From Candidatus Aenigmatarchaeota archaeon (GTDB lineage Archaea; Aenigmatarchaeota; Aenigmatarchaeia; GW2011-AR5): 64,000 nucleotides of DNA. The stretch is taken from contig JACQID010000004.1 of assembly GCA_016198685.1 (NCBI GenBank), positions 64,001-128,000 of the forward strand. Reading direction: 5' to 3'. Shown one piece after another: positions 18,022 through 27,531 of the stretch. The notes under the pieces were generated by a model that searched no databases, was not told the DNA's origin, and was given only the letters and a program-made list of their open reading frames with translations. The stretch's first letter is position 1. Each line of letters opens with the position of its first letter. The position numbers were made by a program, and so were the translations under genes.

Positions 18022-18573
18022 CTATGCTACTGCCTGTGCGCCGGCAGCAAGTATAGCAAATATGACTGTTCCGACTAATGCCAGAACTGCAACCATGGCC
18101 AGTAAGAGCGGAACAAGAATCACGGCCGCAGCTCTTCCCATGCTGATATTCTGAAGAACTGAAAGACCCTTGATATTTAGATAAATAGAGTATAATGCCG
18201 CTATTATAGACACTAACGGCAGGAAACCTACAAGATATACCGGAGTCGTAGCATACATTCCTGCTTTCAATGTTTGGCTGTATCCATTCTTTCCTCCTGC
18301 TAAGATAACCAATATATGCGTTATCGCTGCTGCAATAAACTGAATAATGATAAAGAAAACTGGCACTATTAGAGATGTTAGGATAATAGCTACGATATCG
18401 AAGCTTGCTATAAGGGAACTTATAGACATGCCAAGCAAAGATCCGACTATGCTAAGCACTGCAGTATATTTGATGACTTCACCATACCCTTCTTCTTTCT
18501 TGACAGATACGAAGAATTTGTCTGGATTGGTAAGAACCAGCTTGATTTTGTCTATTAGAGTAATAGTTACCAT
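18022..18573 (-). CDS. YIP1-family membrane protein (copy 2)
   Basis: VLTNPDKFFVSVKKEE...GYSQTLKA...QNISMGRAA. Confidence 0.8.
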   Translation of the reverse strand: MVTITLIDKIKLVLTNPDKFFVSVKKEEGYGEVIKYTAVLSIVGSLLGMSISSLIASFDIVAIILTSLIVPVFFIIIQFIAAAITHILVILAGGKNGYSQTLKAGMYATTPVYLVGFLPLVSIIAALYSIYLNIKGLSVLQNISMGRAAAVILVPLLLAMVAVLALVGTVIFAILAAGAQAVA

Positions 18574-18859
18574 TTCATTCTAATGTGTAGCGCATATATA
18601 AATAGTTTTCTATGAATGGGCAAAAGAAAGGTTTAATTGAGATTATCAGCGAAAAAACAGTACAAGACGTTATGAGAGGCCTTAATTCTAAGATATACGA
18701 AAATCAGGCTGCAGCTTCCATGCCGGCGAGAGCTACAAGATAAGTAAGCACAGCAGCTCCTGCAATTATAAAGCCTATGATTAAGGCAAGTAAGAGCGGA
18801 ACAAGAATCACGGCCGCAGCTCTTCCCATGCTGATATTCTGAAGAACTGAAAGACCCTT
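18101..18859. repeat. 71-bp identical segment shared by YIP1 copies 2 and 3
   Basis: 18101-18171 is identical to 18789-18859 (encodes KGLSVLQNISMGRAAAVILVPLLL on the minus strand). Confidence 0.95.
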
Positions 18860-19291
18860 TATCGTGAGATAAAGGCTGTAAAGTCCTGCCAAAAATCCTA
18901 TATAAGGAACCCAGCCAAATAAATTTTTTGCAGTCGACCCATATGCAGTCGCTTTATATGTTTCTGTATAGCCATTTCTGCCTCCAAAGAGATATACGAA
19001 GACATGCATTACTGCGGCTCCGACAAAGGAAAGTAAAATTCCGAGTATCCACAAAAGAACAATGGCCATGGCACCCATGCCTCCTAGGAACATTTGGTAA
19101 GTGGGGTTATAGGAAACCATATCTGCTGCGATATTTATCAGAATTATAGAAGCAATCGTGCTAACGAGGGATGTTATTATAAGATATTTTACAGGCTGTC
19201 CAAGTGCTTCCTCTCTTTTAACGGAATTGAAGAATTTTTCAGGATTGGTTAGAACAGTTTTGATCCGTTCTAACAAAGAAAATGTTGCCAT
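18704..19291 (-). CDS. YIP1-family membrane protein (copy 3)
   Basis: VLTNPEKFFNSVKREE...GYTETYKATAY...QNISMGRAA. Confidence 0.8.
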   Translation of the reverse strand: MATFSLLERIKTVLTNPEKFFNSVKREEALGQPVKYLIITSLVSTIASIILINIAADMVSYNPTYQMFLGGMGAMAIVLLWILGILLSFVGAAVMHVFVYLFGGRNGYTETYKATAYGSTAKNLFGWVPYIGFLAGLYSLYLTIKGLSVLQNISMGRAAAVILVPLLLALIIGFIIAGAAVLTYLVALAGMEAAA

Positions 19292-19322
19292 TTATATTTC
19301 AATGTTCTGAAATATATAAATG

Positions 19323-19443
19323 CTTTTCCATACCGGAATGCTTAAATCAAGTAGGCAACATAGATTTTTTCCTGTGTTTGATCGGTCTTGAAGACGAAAC
19401 CTTTTCCATACCGGAATGCTTAAATCAAGTAGGCAACATAGAT
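19323..19443. repeat. 43-bp perfect direct repeat flanking a 35-bp unique insert
   Basis: CTTTTCCATACCGGAATGCTTAAATCAAGTAGGCAACATAGAT at 19323-19365 and 19401-19443. Confidence 0.95.
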
Positions 19444-19449
19444 ACAGTA

Positions 19450-21096
19450 ATGGATGATATTAACGCACTCATAAGACTGTATTCTCTCGCAAATGCCGTT
19501 GAACACGAAGGTCAGGCATCTCCGAAAAGCGTCTTAGGCAAGTTATTGGCTGAAAGGCCTGAGCTTCGCGCGAGCGTACAGCAAATAAGCAGCATGATAG
19601 ACGAAGAAGTGCGAAAAATAAACAAGATAGCCTTAGAAAAGCAGAAAGAAGAGCTAGACCAGATGGATTATCAAAAAGAGGAAAAGAAAGAGGAAAAGAA
19701 AGAGCTGCCTGAACTTGACATAGGCAGGAATGGTCTTGTAGTCAGGTTCGCCCCTAATCCTGACGGGGCACTGCATCTTGGGAATGCCAGACCGGCAATA
19801 ATATGCCACGAATACTCCAGGCGTTACAAGGGAAAGTTCATTCTGCGTTTTGACGATACTGATCCTAAAATAAAAGTTCCTGAAAAGCGATATTATGAAT
19901 GGATACGGGAGGATCTTAAATGGCTGGGCATAACGCCTGACAAGGAAGTTATTTCCTCTTCGCGTCTTACAATTTACAATACTTATGCGACAAAGCTTGT
20001 GGAATTGGACGCGGCATATGTATGCACCTGCGGGGAAGCTTGGAAGAAATACCGTGACAATGCTAAACCATGCCCTTGCCGTTCTCTTGATAAGAAAGAA
20101 AATATGAAACGCTGGAAAATGATGATTTCGCATAAATACAAGGAAGGCGAAGCTGTTCTCCGAGTCAAGACAGAGATTGATGCCAAGAACCCTGCTACAA
20201 GAGACTGGCCTGCAATGCGCATCGTCGATAAGCCTGACCATCCAATGAAGAAAACGCACCTCTGGCCTCTGTATAATTTCGCGTCTGCCATAGATGACCA
20301 TCTCCTCGAGATCACGCACATATTCCGTGGTCAGGAGCATTCGACAAATGAGGTTAAGCAACGTTATCTTTATGAGCATTTAGGCTGGAAATATCCGGAG
20401 ACGATCATACTCGGCCGTTTCTCGCTCTCTGACATGATGCTCAGCAAAAGCTCGATACGCGAGGGCATAGAAAAGGGCGATTTCCATGAATGGGACGATC
20501 CGGGTCTTGGCACGCTTCGTGCATTGCGCAGGCGCGGCTTCGTGCCAGAAGCGATACGCAAGATAGTTGTTGAAGTAGGTTCAAGACCCAATGATATTAC
20601 AATATCGTTTGAGAACCTAGCAGCTTACAACAGGAAGATAATTGATCCTAAAGCCAAGAGATATTTCTTTGTCGCTGAGCCCAAACTGATACTTCTTAAA
20701 GACGGGAAGAAAGCCGTGGTAAAGGCGAAGGTGCATCCTGCCGGTGAAAAGACCAGAAGCATAGCTGTAGGCGACAGGATTTACGTGGAGAAAGATGATT
20801 ATGACAAGTACAAGGGGCTGGAAATAAGGCTCAAGGATTTCTGCAACGTGAAACTAGGCGATACGGCCGAAGTGACAGGGTATGAAATGAAGCCTACTCC
20901 TAAGATACATTGGGTCCCGGAAAAGCATATTGTGGTGCGTGTTCTTATGCCAGGCGGAGAAACCTTAACAGGCGTAGGCGAACCCAACATACTGAAATCC
21001 AAGAAGGGAGAAGTCGTGCAGTTTGAAAGATTCGGATTCGTCCGTATTGAAGGCAAAGAGAAAAGCAGTGTAGGCGCGATATTTTCTCATTCTTAA
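19450..21096 (+). CDS. gltX: Glutamyl-tRNA synthetase (archaeal type, presumably non-discriminating)
   Basis: ANAVEHEGQA N-terminus, RFAPNPDGALHLGNA, LRFDDTDP, WPLYNFASAIDDHLL, VQFERFGFVR. Start moved to MDDINAL. Confidence 0.97.
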   Translation: MDDINALIRLYSLANAVEHEGQASPKSVLGKLLAERPELRASVQQISSMIDEEVRKINKIALEKQKEELDQMDYQKEEKKEEKKELPELDIGRNGLVVRFAPNPDGALHLGNARPAIICHEYSRRYKGKFILRFDDTDPKIKVPEKRYYEWIREDLKWLGITPDKEVISSSRLTIYNTYATKLVELDAAYVCTCGEAWKKYRDNAKPCPCRSLDKKENMKRWKMMISHKYKEGEAVLRVKTEIDAKNPATRDWPAMRIVDKPDHPMKKTHLWPLYNFASAIDDHLLEITHIFRGQEHSTNEVKQRYLYEHLGWKYPETIILGRFSLSDMMLSKSSIREGIEKGDFHEWDDPGLGTLRALRRRGFVPEAIRKIVVEVGSRPNDITISFENLAAYNRKIIDPKAKRYFFVAEPKLILLKDGKKAVVKAKVHPAGEKTRSIAVGDRIYVEKDDYDKYKGLEIRLKDFCNVKLGDTAEVTGYEMKPTPKIHWVPEKHIVVRVLMPGGETLTGVGEPNILKSKKGEVVQFERFGFVRIEGKEKSSVGAIFSHS

Positions 21097-21120
21097 AACT
21101 TTTTGCATCTTACTGCATGC

Positions 21121-21675
21121 ATGGAACCAATAGAGTTCATAGTAGCTGCATCAAGAACGCGCAGAACTTTGCCTTTTGGGATGAAGGTTAACGAGAGTGT
21201 TCTGGTATGTGACAGAGATGATGTTTTTGCCGTGTCTTTCAGGCAAACAAGAAACGGGAAAATGAAGGAATCTTTCATGGCCGCATCTGAAGAAGGTGCG
21301 GATCGGTATATGGACTTTGTCAGAAAGCGGATGGTCGAGCGCTTTGAATTCGTGTATCAGGACATCGTTCGGCATATGAATCATTATGATATAAATATTT
21401 TGACAATGAATCCTCATATAGAGGCCAGGACAAAGAAAGATTTTTTTGCAGAATTTTTGCATCGTCGTGGCTATAGCAAAGATGCAGGGGACGATGCTGC
21501 AGAGGGCGTTTATGGGAAGGGGATGCCATCTGGGAAAAAATACATGTGTATTAGCGGCAACGCAAAAAATGGAGATAATTATTATTTATGGTCCGTTTTC
21601 GATGCCGATACTTTCGCGAGAAACAGGGAATATCTGCGTTCCCGTTTGCAGGATTGCCGAGCAAAGCTTTCATGA
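21121..21675 (+). CDS. Hypothetical protein
   Basis: Open frame filling the gap after gltX; no motif recognised. Confidence 0.5.
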   Translation: MEPIEFIVAASRTRRTLPFGMKVNESVLVCDRDDVFAVSFRQTRNGKMKESFMAASEEGADRYMDFVRKRMVERFEFVYQDIVRHMNHYDINILTMNPHIEARTKKDFFAEFLHRRGYSKDAGDDAAEGVYGKGMPSGKKYMCISGNAKNGDNYYLWSVFDADTFARNREYLRSRLQDCRAKLS

Positions 21676-21792
21676 CGGCACCGGCGCAAAATAATGCTTA
21701 AAAGCATTTCCCGACTAAATTCAGTGAATGGGGAAAATCGGTAGCCTCCTGGCTTTTATGTACAAGACGTTCATGCCAATGGTAATGATGTT

Positions 21793-22458
21793 CTACATTC
21801 TTCTTGTATTGCTGACGCCGCTTAACTTCGAGCCAATATGGTTCGTGCTCGCGTTTTTCCTTGACATATTCAACGAAATAAGGGAATGAATTTGCTCAAG
21901 CGTTATCGGACCCTCTCGCAAAATCTTGTCATTTTGGACGTCGTATATCGTTGACGGTCTTCTTTTCGGCAGATTTCCGGCATCAATTATGGCATCTATT
22001 TTTCCCTCAAATGCCTTCACGACATCGCTAATATTGTATAGAGGGTCTGCGCCTGAGATATTGGCGGATGTCGCAGTGATCGGTCTTTTAAGTGCCGCCG
22101 AAAGCTTACGTGCAAAGCCGTGAGCAGGAACACGAAATGCTATTGTGCCTGTATCGTCTGCCGGAACGACAAGCGTCAGGGGCCCGGGCATGAATTGCTT
22201 GCATAATAGCTGCGTTTCAGGGGTTATCTTGGCGTATCTTTTGATCATTGCAACACGCGAAACTATGACAGAAAGCGGTTTGTCCCGATTACGCTCCTTT
22301 ATATCATATATCTTTTCTTTTGCGTCTTCATTTGAAAAATCGGCGCCTATGCCATAGCTCGTTTCTGTAGGGTATATTATGATGCCGCCTTTTTTGAGGA
22401 CGACGGCAGCTTGTGCCAGACTTTTTTTTTCTTGTGCCAGAAGTATCATAGTTTCCAT
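21793..22458 (-). CDS. sua5: Threonylcarbamoyl-AMP synthase (YrdC/TsaC-type, without the Sua5 C-terminal domain)
   Basis: YPTETSYGIG, KERNRDKPLS, PGPLTLV, ITATSANISG. Confidence 0.93.
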   Translation of the reverse strand: METMILLAQEKKSLAQAAVVLKKGGIIIYPTETSYGIGADFSNEDAKEKIYDIKERNRDKPLSVIVSRVAMIKRYAKITPETQLLCKQFMPGPLTLVVPADDTGTIAFRVPAHGFARKLSAALKRPITATSANISGADPLYNISDVVKAFEGKIDAIIDAGNLPKRRPSTIYDVQNDKILREGPITLEQIHSLISLNMSRKNASTNHIGSKLSGVSNTRRM

Positions 22459-22460
22459 GT

Positions 22461-23072
22461 TTATACCCAGTATTTTAATTCATTTATGTTTTCGCCTTTT
22501 AGACGCACAAAATTTGTATTGGCATGATATGCTGCTTTGGCATCGTGCTCGGTGTCACCTATATACAAAGAACGACAGGGCTTTACGTCAAGCGTCTGAG
22601 CGCATTTTAAGAGCGGTTCAGGATGAGGCTTGTGATTTTTCACATCTTCTCTGCCAATGACAGATGAAAAATAATGCGATATTCCGTGTTTTTGAAGAAG
22701 ATATTGAAGCGACTGGTTGCCCCTGCTGCTTACGATGCCCTGGGAGCATATTTGTGCAACGTATTCGAGCGCTTCTATTGCCCCTTCGTAGAGGGATATA
22801 TCATCCCATGTATGCTCGGATATTCTTCTTCTCGTATTCTCCACGGATTGAGAAAGTTCCAAAGGCACGCCGCCTACCCTTTTTTTGATTAGTGCATCGC
22901 GCATTTCCGGCGCAGTGAGGCCATTAAGTTCAAGAATCTCCTCGGAGGAGGGTATGGAAAGTCCATGATGATAAAATGTTTTCTGTAATGCCAATATGGT
23001 ATGCTGCTGCGAATCGGCAAGCACTCCATCGAAGTCCCACATGACAGCCTCATATTGCGGACGATACAACAT
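22461..23072 (-). CDS. HAD-superfamily phosphatase
   Basis: WDFDGVLADS, KPHPEP, YIGDTEHD. Confidence 0.9.
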   Translation of the reverse strand: MLYRPQYEAVMWDFDGVLADSQQHTILALQKTFYHHGLSIPSSEEILELNGLTAPEMRDALIKKRVGGVPLELSQSVENTRRRISEHTWDDISLYEGAIEALEYVAQICSQGIVSSRGNQSLQYLLQKHGISHYFSSVIGREDVKNHKPHPEPLLKCAQTLDVKPCRSLYIGDTEHDAKAAYHANTNFVRLKGENINELKYWV

Positions 23073-23196
23073 AAATCGGCTATATCTGAGAGTTTTTATA
23101 AGTTATATTTATCTTTTTGGCGTATATAGAAATATGGAATCAATACAATCTATTTCTATGAATTCTGATACAGTTTCTTTGAAATGAGGTGAATCT

Positions 23197-24723
23197 ATGC
23201 CGGCGATGATACCTATAGGTGAGTTACAAGAGAAAGGAAAAATAATTCATGAAATAAAGGGATACTTACCGTCTGCATATGCAAGATACATTGATTGGAA
23301 CAACATAAAAGAGCCTCAAGCAATTCAGTATACTTCACCTGAAGCGATGCACGCGTATAATCTTGCAGCAATCCGGAGCTATGTGAGCACTCTGGCAAAT
23401 CATGATGCCATTCCTAGGGATGCCGGGGAAGAAATAAGCCAGAAACTTACACGAGAAAATGTCACGTTTCTTTCTGCAGACGAGTGGGAGAGTATACTGC
23501 GCCATGACGTTCGCGGTCTGGTTAGGGCATGCCAGGATAAGCTTAGCGAGAAGGCGACAAGGTGGCTTTATCTTGGGCTTACAAGTTATGATGTCATAAA
23601 CACCGCGCAGAGCGCCGCACTACGGGATGTTGCATATGAACTTATTATTCCGGAAGGCGTGAAGCTTGGTAATACGATGATAAGACGGGCAAAGGAACAT
23701 AGGGATACGGTGATTGCAGGCCGAACGCACAGGCAGCATGCAGCTGCGACCACTGTAGGCCACTGGATCGGAGAGACGCTTGATGGATATGTTCCTGCAT
23801 TGAATCTTTCTGCAGATCGTACTGATGAATTAAAGGGAAAAATACAGGGTTTTGTGGGAACAAGAGCCGCTCCTCATGCTTTATTTCGCGACAGGATAAA
23901 TCCCAGAACCCTTGAAACAGAAACTTTAGCTAAACTTGGGCTTGAGCCTTCACTTATTTCCTCGCAAGTCTTGCATCCTTATCATTACGCACAGTACTTT
24001 TTCCCGTTTATTCTTCTTTACGGCAGCATGGCAAAGTTTGCCAATGATGTAAGGAATTTTCAGCAGACTGAAGTCGGGGAAATATATGAAGCAAGACTTT
24101 CCGAGAGGGTGGGTTCTTCAACCGGCGCAACAAAAAGAAATCCCATAACCTCAGAAAACATAGGAGGCCATTGGAGGCAGCTCAAGCCCAAGGTTATCAG
24201 TATACTTGACGATTATATTACTGACTTCCAGCGTGATCTACAGGATTCTGCAAACAAAAGATATTACATGAATGAAGTTCCCCAGATAGTTCTGCATGGA
24301 ATCAGGAGTACTGAAAGGATAGCAAATAATATGACGATAAGGGCTGACCGGGCGCTCCAGAATCTTGGCGTAACGCAGGGTCTTATACTCGGAGAGCCTC
24401 TCCAGTTGTATCTTCAGGTTCATTGTGCAGAGAGAGGAATGAACGTTGATACTCATGAGCATGTCAGGTTGCTTGCCGATCGCGCGATAGAAGACGGCGA
24501 ACCTTTTTTCGAATACATGCAGCGGGATAGTCTCGTGCGTGGCATGCTCAATGAGATGCATCCGGAAGACAAGGAAATGCTTCTCAATCCTGAAAAATAT
24601 CTTGGAACTGCAAAAGAAGACATGGACAGAGCGATAGGGATATGGGAGCGCGATCTTGATGTTCTTAGCAACAGAGCTCAAGCGTATAAGGAAATGAGGT
24701 TGCAGAGAGTCAAATCCAGTTGA
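23197..24723 (+). CDS. purB: Adenylosuccinate lyase, divergent
   Basis: RHDV, GLTSYDVINTAQ, GRTHRQHA, GFVGT, GSSTGATKRNPITSEN, DLQDSA; GAGGTGA RBS upstream. Confidence 0.8.
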   Translation: MPAMIPIGELQEKGKIIHEIKGYLPSAYARYIDWNNIKEPQAIQYTSPEAMHAYNLAAIRSYVSTLANHDAIPRDAGEEISQKLTRENVTFLSADEWESILRHDVRGLVRACQDKLSEKATRWLYLGLTSYDVINTAQSAALRDVAYELIIPEGVKLGNTMIRRAKEHRDTVIAGRTHRQHAAATTVGHWIGETLDGYVPALNLSADRTDELKGKIQGFVGTRAAPHALFRDRINPRTLETETLAKLGLEPSLISSQVLHPYHYAQYFFPFILLYGSMAKFANDVRNFQQTEVGEIYEARLSERVGSSTGATKRNPITSENIGGHWRQLKPKVISILDDYITDFQRDLQDSANKRYYMNEVPQIVLHGIRSTERIANNMTIRADRALQNLGVTQGLILGEPLQLYLQVHCAERGMNVDTHEHVRLLADRAIEDGEPFFEYMQRDSLVRGMLNEMHPEDKEMLLNPEKYLGTAKEDMDRAIGIWERDLDVLSNRAQAYKEMRLQRVKSS

Positions 24724-25681
24724 CTTCCACCTCATCCGTCCTCCAGTTCTGCCAGAAGTCTGATTTTTCAATTGGCTTTGCGCCGTTTTTATATTGAACC
24801 AATCCGGTATAAGCGATATTCGCGCCGTTGTCGCCTGCAAACTCCATTGGGACAGGATAAAAAATTGCATTGCGCTCCTCGCACATTATGCGGCACATTT
24901 CCTGCAGGCGTTTGTTTGCGGCAACGCCGCCGACAAGGAGGAGCTCATTCTTGCCGGTGTGGGCCATTGCCCGTTCTGCAACTTCAACGAGCATCGAAAA
25001 GCAAGTTTCCTGGAAAGAAAATGAGATGTCTTCCAGCTTTTGCGAAGCAAGCTTGTTTTTAGCGGCAGTGAGTATTCCGGAAAACGAGAGATCCATGCCT
25101 TTCACGACATAAGGCATCTCGATATACTTCCCTTCCTTTGCCAGTTTTTCCATGACAGGGCCGCCCGGGAATTGCTTTCCGGCAGCCCGCATCAGCATGT
25201 CTATCGCATTGCCGATCGCAATATCCTGGGTCTCCCCGAACACGCGATACCGGCCGTTAAAGTAGCCAATGATCTGCGTATTGCCGCCTGAAACGTAAAG
25301 CATTATCGGGTCTTTCGCTCCTGTGCATAATTTGCCTATCTCTATGTGCGCAACGCAATGGTTCACTGGTATCAAAGCCTTTCCGTATTTTTCAGCAAGC
25401 GCTCCTGCAAATTCTGCTGTCACTCGAAGGCACGGAGGAAGTCCGGGTCCTGCCGAATAAGAAATGATGTCAGCGTCTTCTATGCTTATTTTTGCTTTCT
25501 CAAGCGCCCTCTTCAACATTTCATCTTTCAACTCAAGATGGTGCTTCTTGGCCTCCCCTGGATGAATGCCCCATCCTTCAGGAGGCTTGTACATATCGCG
25601 TTCATTTGCGAGAATTTTCCCATCCATGGCAATCCCAACACCGAGCGTATGAGACGTGCCCTCTATTCCTATTGATATCAT
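24710..25681 (-). CDS. kae1: tRNA N6-adenosine threonylcarbamoyltransferase Kae1/TsaD (stand-alone)
   Basis: IGIEGTSHT, HCVAHIEIG, YVSGGNTQ, GGVAANKRL, GDNGANIA. Confidence 0.97.
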   Translation of the reverse strand: MISIGIEGTSHTLGVGIAMDGKILANERDMYKPPEGWGIHPGEAKKHHLELKDEMLKRALEKAKISIEDADIISYSAGPGLPPCLRVTAEFAGALAEKYGKALIPVNHCVAHIEIGKLCTGAKDPIMLYVSGGNTQIIGYFNGRYRVFGETQDIAIGNAIDMLMRAAGKQFPGGPVMEKLAKEGKYIEMPYVVKGMDLSFSGILTAAKNKLASQKLEDISFSFQETCFSMLVEVAERAMAHTGKNELLLVGGVAANKRLQEMCRIMCEERNAIFYPVPMEFAGDNGANIAYTGLVQYKNGAKPIEKSDFWQNWRTDEVEVNWI

Positions 25682-25732
25682 GACAAAATCAAATGCTCAT
25701 CAATATAAAAAACTTCCCCCACAACTCTACTT

Positions 25733-26101
25733 ATGTTCCATCCTGGCAGAGTTCTGGAAGTTTTTCCAAGCAAGCACAAGGAAATCAATTCCGGCAACGC
25801 TTCTACGCAAGTCATGCTCGATATGTGGGACGAGAATCTTATCACGGTTGTTGTTGATCCAAAGCTCGCGGCAAAGATAAAGAAGGACGATGTCGTGCTT
25901 GTCGATTACACTCCTATGCAAGACAAGCCCGGTCCGACGCTTTCTGTAACAAAAATACTGAAAGGCGCGATAGCCAAGAACACATGGTCAACTTACAAGG
26001 ATCATCACAAGAAAAAGAAAGGCGGAGGAAAGAATATAGTTCAGATTCCTCAAGGCATCCAAATAGAACAGCCCGCCCAGGCGCAGGCTTACGTGGGCTG
26101 A
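25733..26101 (+). CDS. Conserved-looking hypothetical protein (possible OB-fold)
   Basis: MFHPGRVLEV...DMWDENLIT...DVVLVDY; beta-rich, 122 aa. Confidence 0.65.
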   Translation: MFHPGRVLEVFPSKHKEINSGNASTQVMLDMWDENLITVVVDPKLAAKIKKDDVVLVDYTPMQDKPGPTLSVTKILKGAIAKNTWSTYKDHHKKKKGGGKNIVQIPQGIQIEQPAQAQAYVG

Positions 26102-26170
26102 CTATATATCACGGAAACGGACGTGTATAATTGTCATTAGTTTAGAAGCACGATGGATAAAATAAAGAAC

Positions 26171-26797
26171 CTAACCATCCTCGAAAAATAAAATAACAAA
26201 AATACCTTTGCTGTTTTCTTTTTCTATTTCTTTAACAGAAGATAACAATTCATTTAAATTACTTATAAGGTACTTAGTCGCATATTTAATCACGCTATCG
26301 ATAATGTCTTCGGTTAGATTTTTAGTCATCATCTCTACAGTTACTTCCTTCATCTTTTTCTCGTGCAACATAACGTCTGATGTGTAATGTGTTAAATAAG
26401 CGGAATTTTCTGTGACAAAACGTTCAGTTACAAATTCGGAAACTCGGTTCTTTAGATTCGGTTCCAATTTTTCTAGTTCGTCTTTAAATTCTGTCAATTC
26501 GTTTGGTGTAAGAAATCCTATAATTTCTTCCCACATACTGCCGGGTGTCATACCACGTGGCAATGTAAGGCTCTTTGAGCCTAATTTCATTTCAATATTT
26601 TTCGCTTTTATGTTTGGGTTAGGAAATAAATTTTCAAGAAGCTCCTTCAGATTCCTGGATTGAATGGACAGGAATTTCTCTAATAGATACATTTCCGAAT
26701 AATGTGCAGAGGGGTGATGACCGTCCCATAAAATTAGCTCATGTCTTTTTGGCTCTTCTAGAACATAAAGTTTGCTTAAACTAATATCCGAACCCAT
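26171..26797 (-). CDS. Hypothetical protein in an AT-rich segment
   Basis: 208-aa ORF, visibly richer in A/T than its flanks. Confidence 0.6.
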   Translation of the reverse strand: MGSDISLSKLYVLEEPKRHELILWDGHHPSAHYSEMYLLEKFLSIQSRNLKELLENLFPNPNIKAKNIEMKLGSKSLTLPRGMTPGSMWEEIIGFLTPNELTEFKDELEKLEPNLKNRVSEFVTERFVTENSAYLTHYTSDVMLHEKKMKEVTVEMMTKNLTEDIIDSVIKYATKYLISNLNELLSSVKEIEKENSKGIFVILFFEDG

Positions 26798-26956
26798 TTC
26801 ACTCTAGAACTTCGTGTTCATACACGTATTTATACCTTAAATAGAGGCATTTAGTGGACTCAAAATTTCTTATCGTCAACTCCAATTCAAGCCAGTGTTG
26901 CTGTTTTGTATTCAAGTAGATGACGTTTACTTAAAAGTTCGCACAAATCAAGAAAG

Positions 26957-27232
26957 CTACGCCTTCTTGGTGATCTCGGACCAGTGGCATTTGCCGCAGT
27001 ATTTCCTGTTTTGATAAGCAGCGATGAAAGTGCCGGGGCCGCATCTTGGGCAGGATTCGTTCTTTCTCTTGACAGCGCCGCCTTCAACCTTGTAGAGTTT
27101 CCATGCTTGGACCTTGGCATGCTTCTTCTTGGATTTTGGCCTGTCCTTCTGGCTCTTCTTCTCTTTTTTCTTCTCTACCGGTTTCGGGGCTTCTTCAACT
27201 TTAACTGCTTCCTTTGGTGCTGGTTTTGCCAT
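26957..27232 (-). CDS. rps27ae: 30S ribosomal protein S27ae with Lys/Glu-rich N-terminal extension
   Basis: KRKNESCPRCGPGTFIA...YCGKC zinc ribbon. Confidence 0.92.
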   Translation of the reverse strand: MAKPAPKEAVKVEEAPKPVEKKKEKKSQKDRPKSKKKHAKVQAWKLYKVEGGAVKRKNESCPRCGPGTFIAAYQNRKYCGKCHWSEITKKA

Positions 27233-27245
27233 TGATCATCAACCT

Positions 27246-27521
27246 CTATTCTTTCTTTTCTTCAGCAGGCTTCGGCTTGCTGAGATCCTCGACCTTTTTC
27301 TCTTTCCATACATAAGCCTTGCCTGTAGAAACACCTATCCCATTTTCCGAGTGAATGCTGAGTATCTGAACGTTCTCGGCATCCTTCTTTGTTTCCTTGG
27401 CGATTTCAGCCTGCACGACTGCCTTGGAAGGCGTTGCGTTTTTGTCGTGAGTTAACTTTACGGTAAGCTCCTTCCTTTCCATATAAGGATTCTCTTTTTC
27501 GTTGATAATAGACATTTTCAT
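27246..27521 (-). CDS. rps24e: 30S ribosomal protein S24e
   Basis: INEKENPYMERKEL...ATPSKA; canonical position after rpoE/spt4. Confidence 0.9.
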   Translation of the reverse strand: MKMSIINEKENPYMERKELTVKLTHDKNATPSKAVVQAEIAKETKKDAENVQILSIHSENGIGVSTGKAYVWKEKKVEDLSKPKPAEEKKE

Positions 27522-27531
27522 ATTTTTTCAC

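Noticed and set aside
19366-19400. Insert 2 as Illumina adapter (GATCGGTCT, GAAGACG)
   Set aside because: Only 7-9 bp resemble adapter or primer sequence and the flanks do not continue the match; not convincing by eye, but worth a formal screen.
19282-19449. 56-aa N-terminal extension of GluRS with a repeated peptide
   Set aside because: A consequence of the 78-bp-period DNA duplication; the GluRS-like sequence begins at Met 19450.
18612-21771. Shared words TGAATGGG and GTACAAGACGTT in two intergenic regions (about 18612-18671 and 21726-21771)
   Set aside because: Spacing differs and the intervening sequence is unrelated; likely chance.
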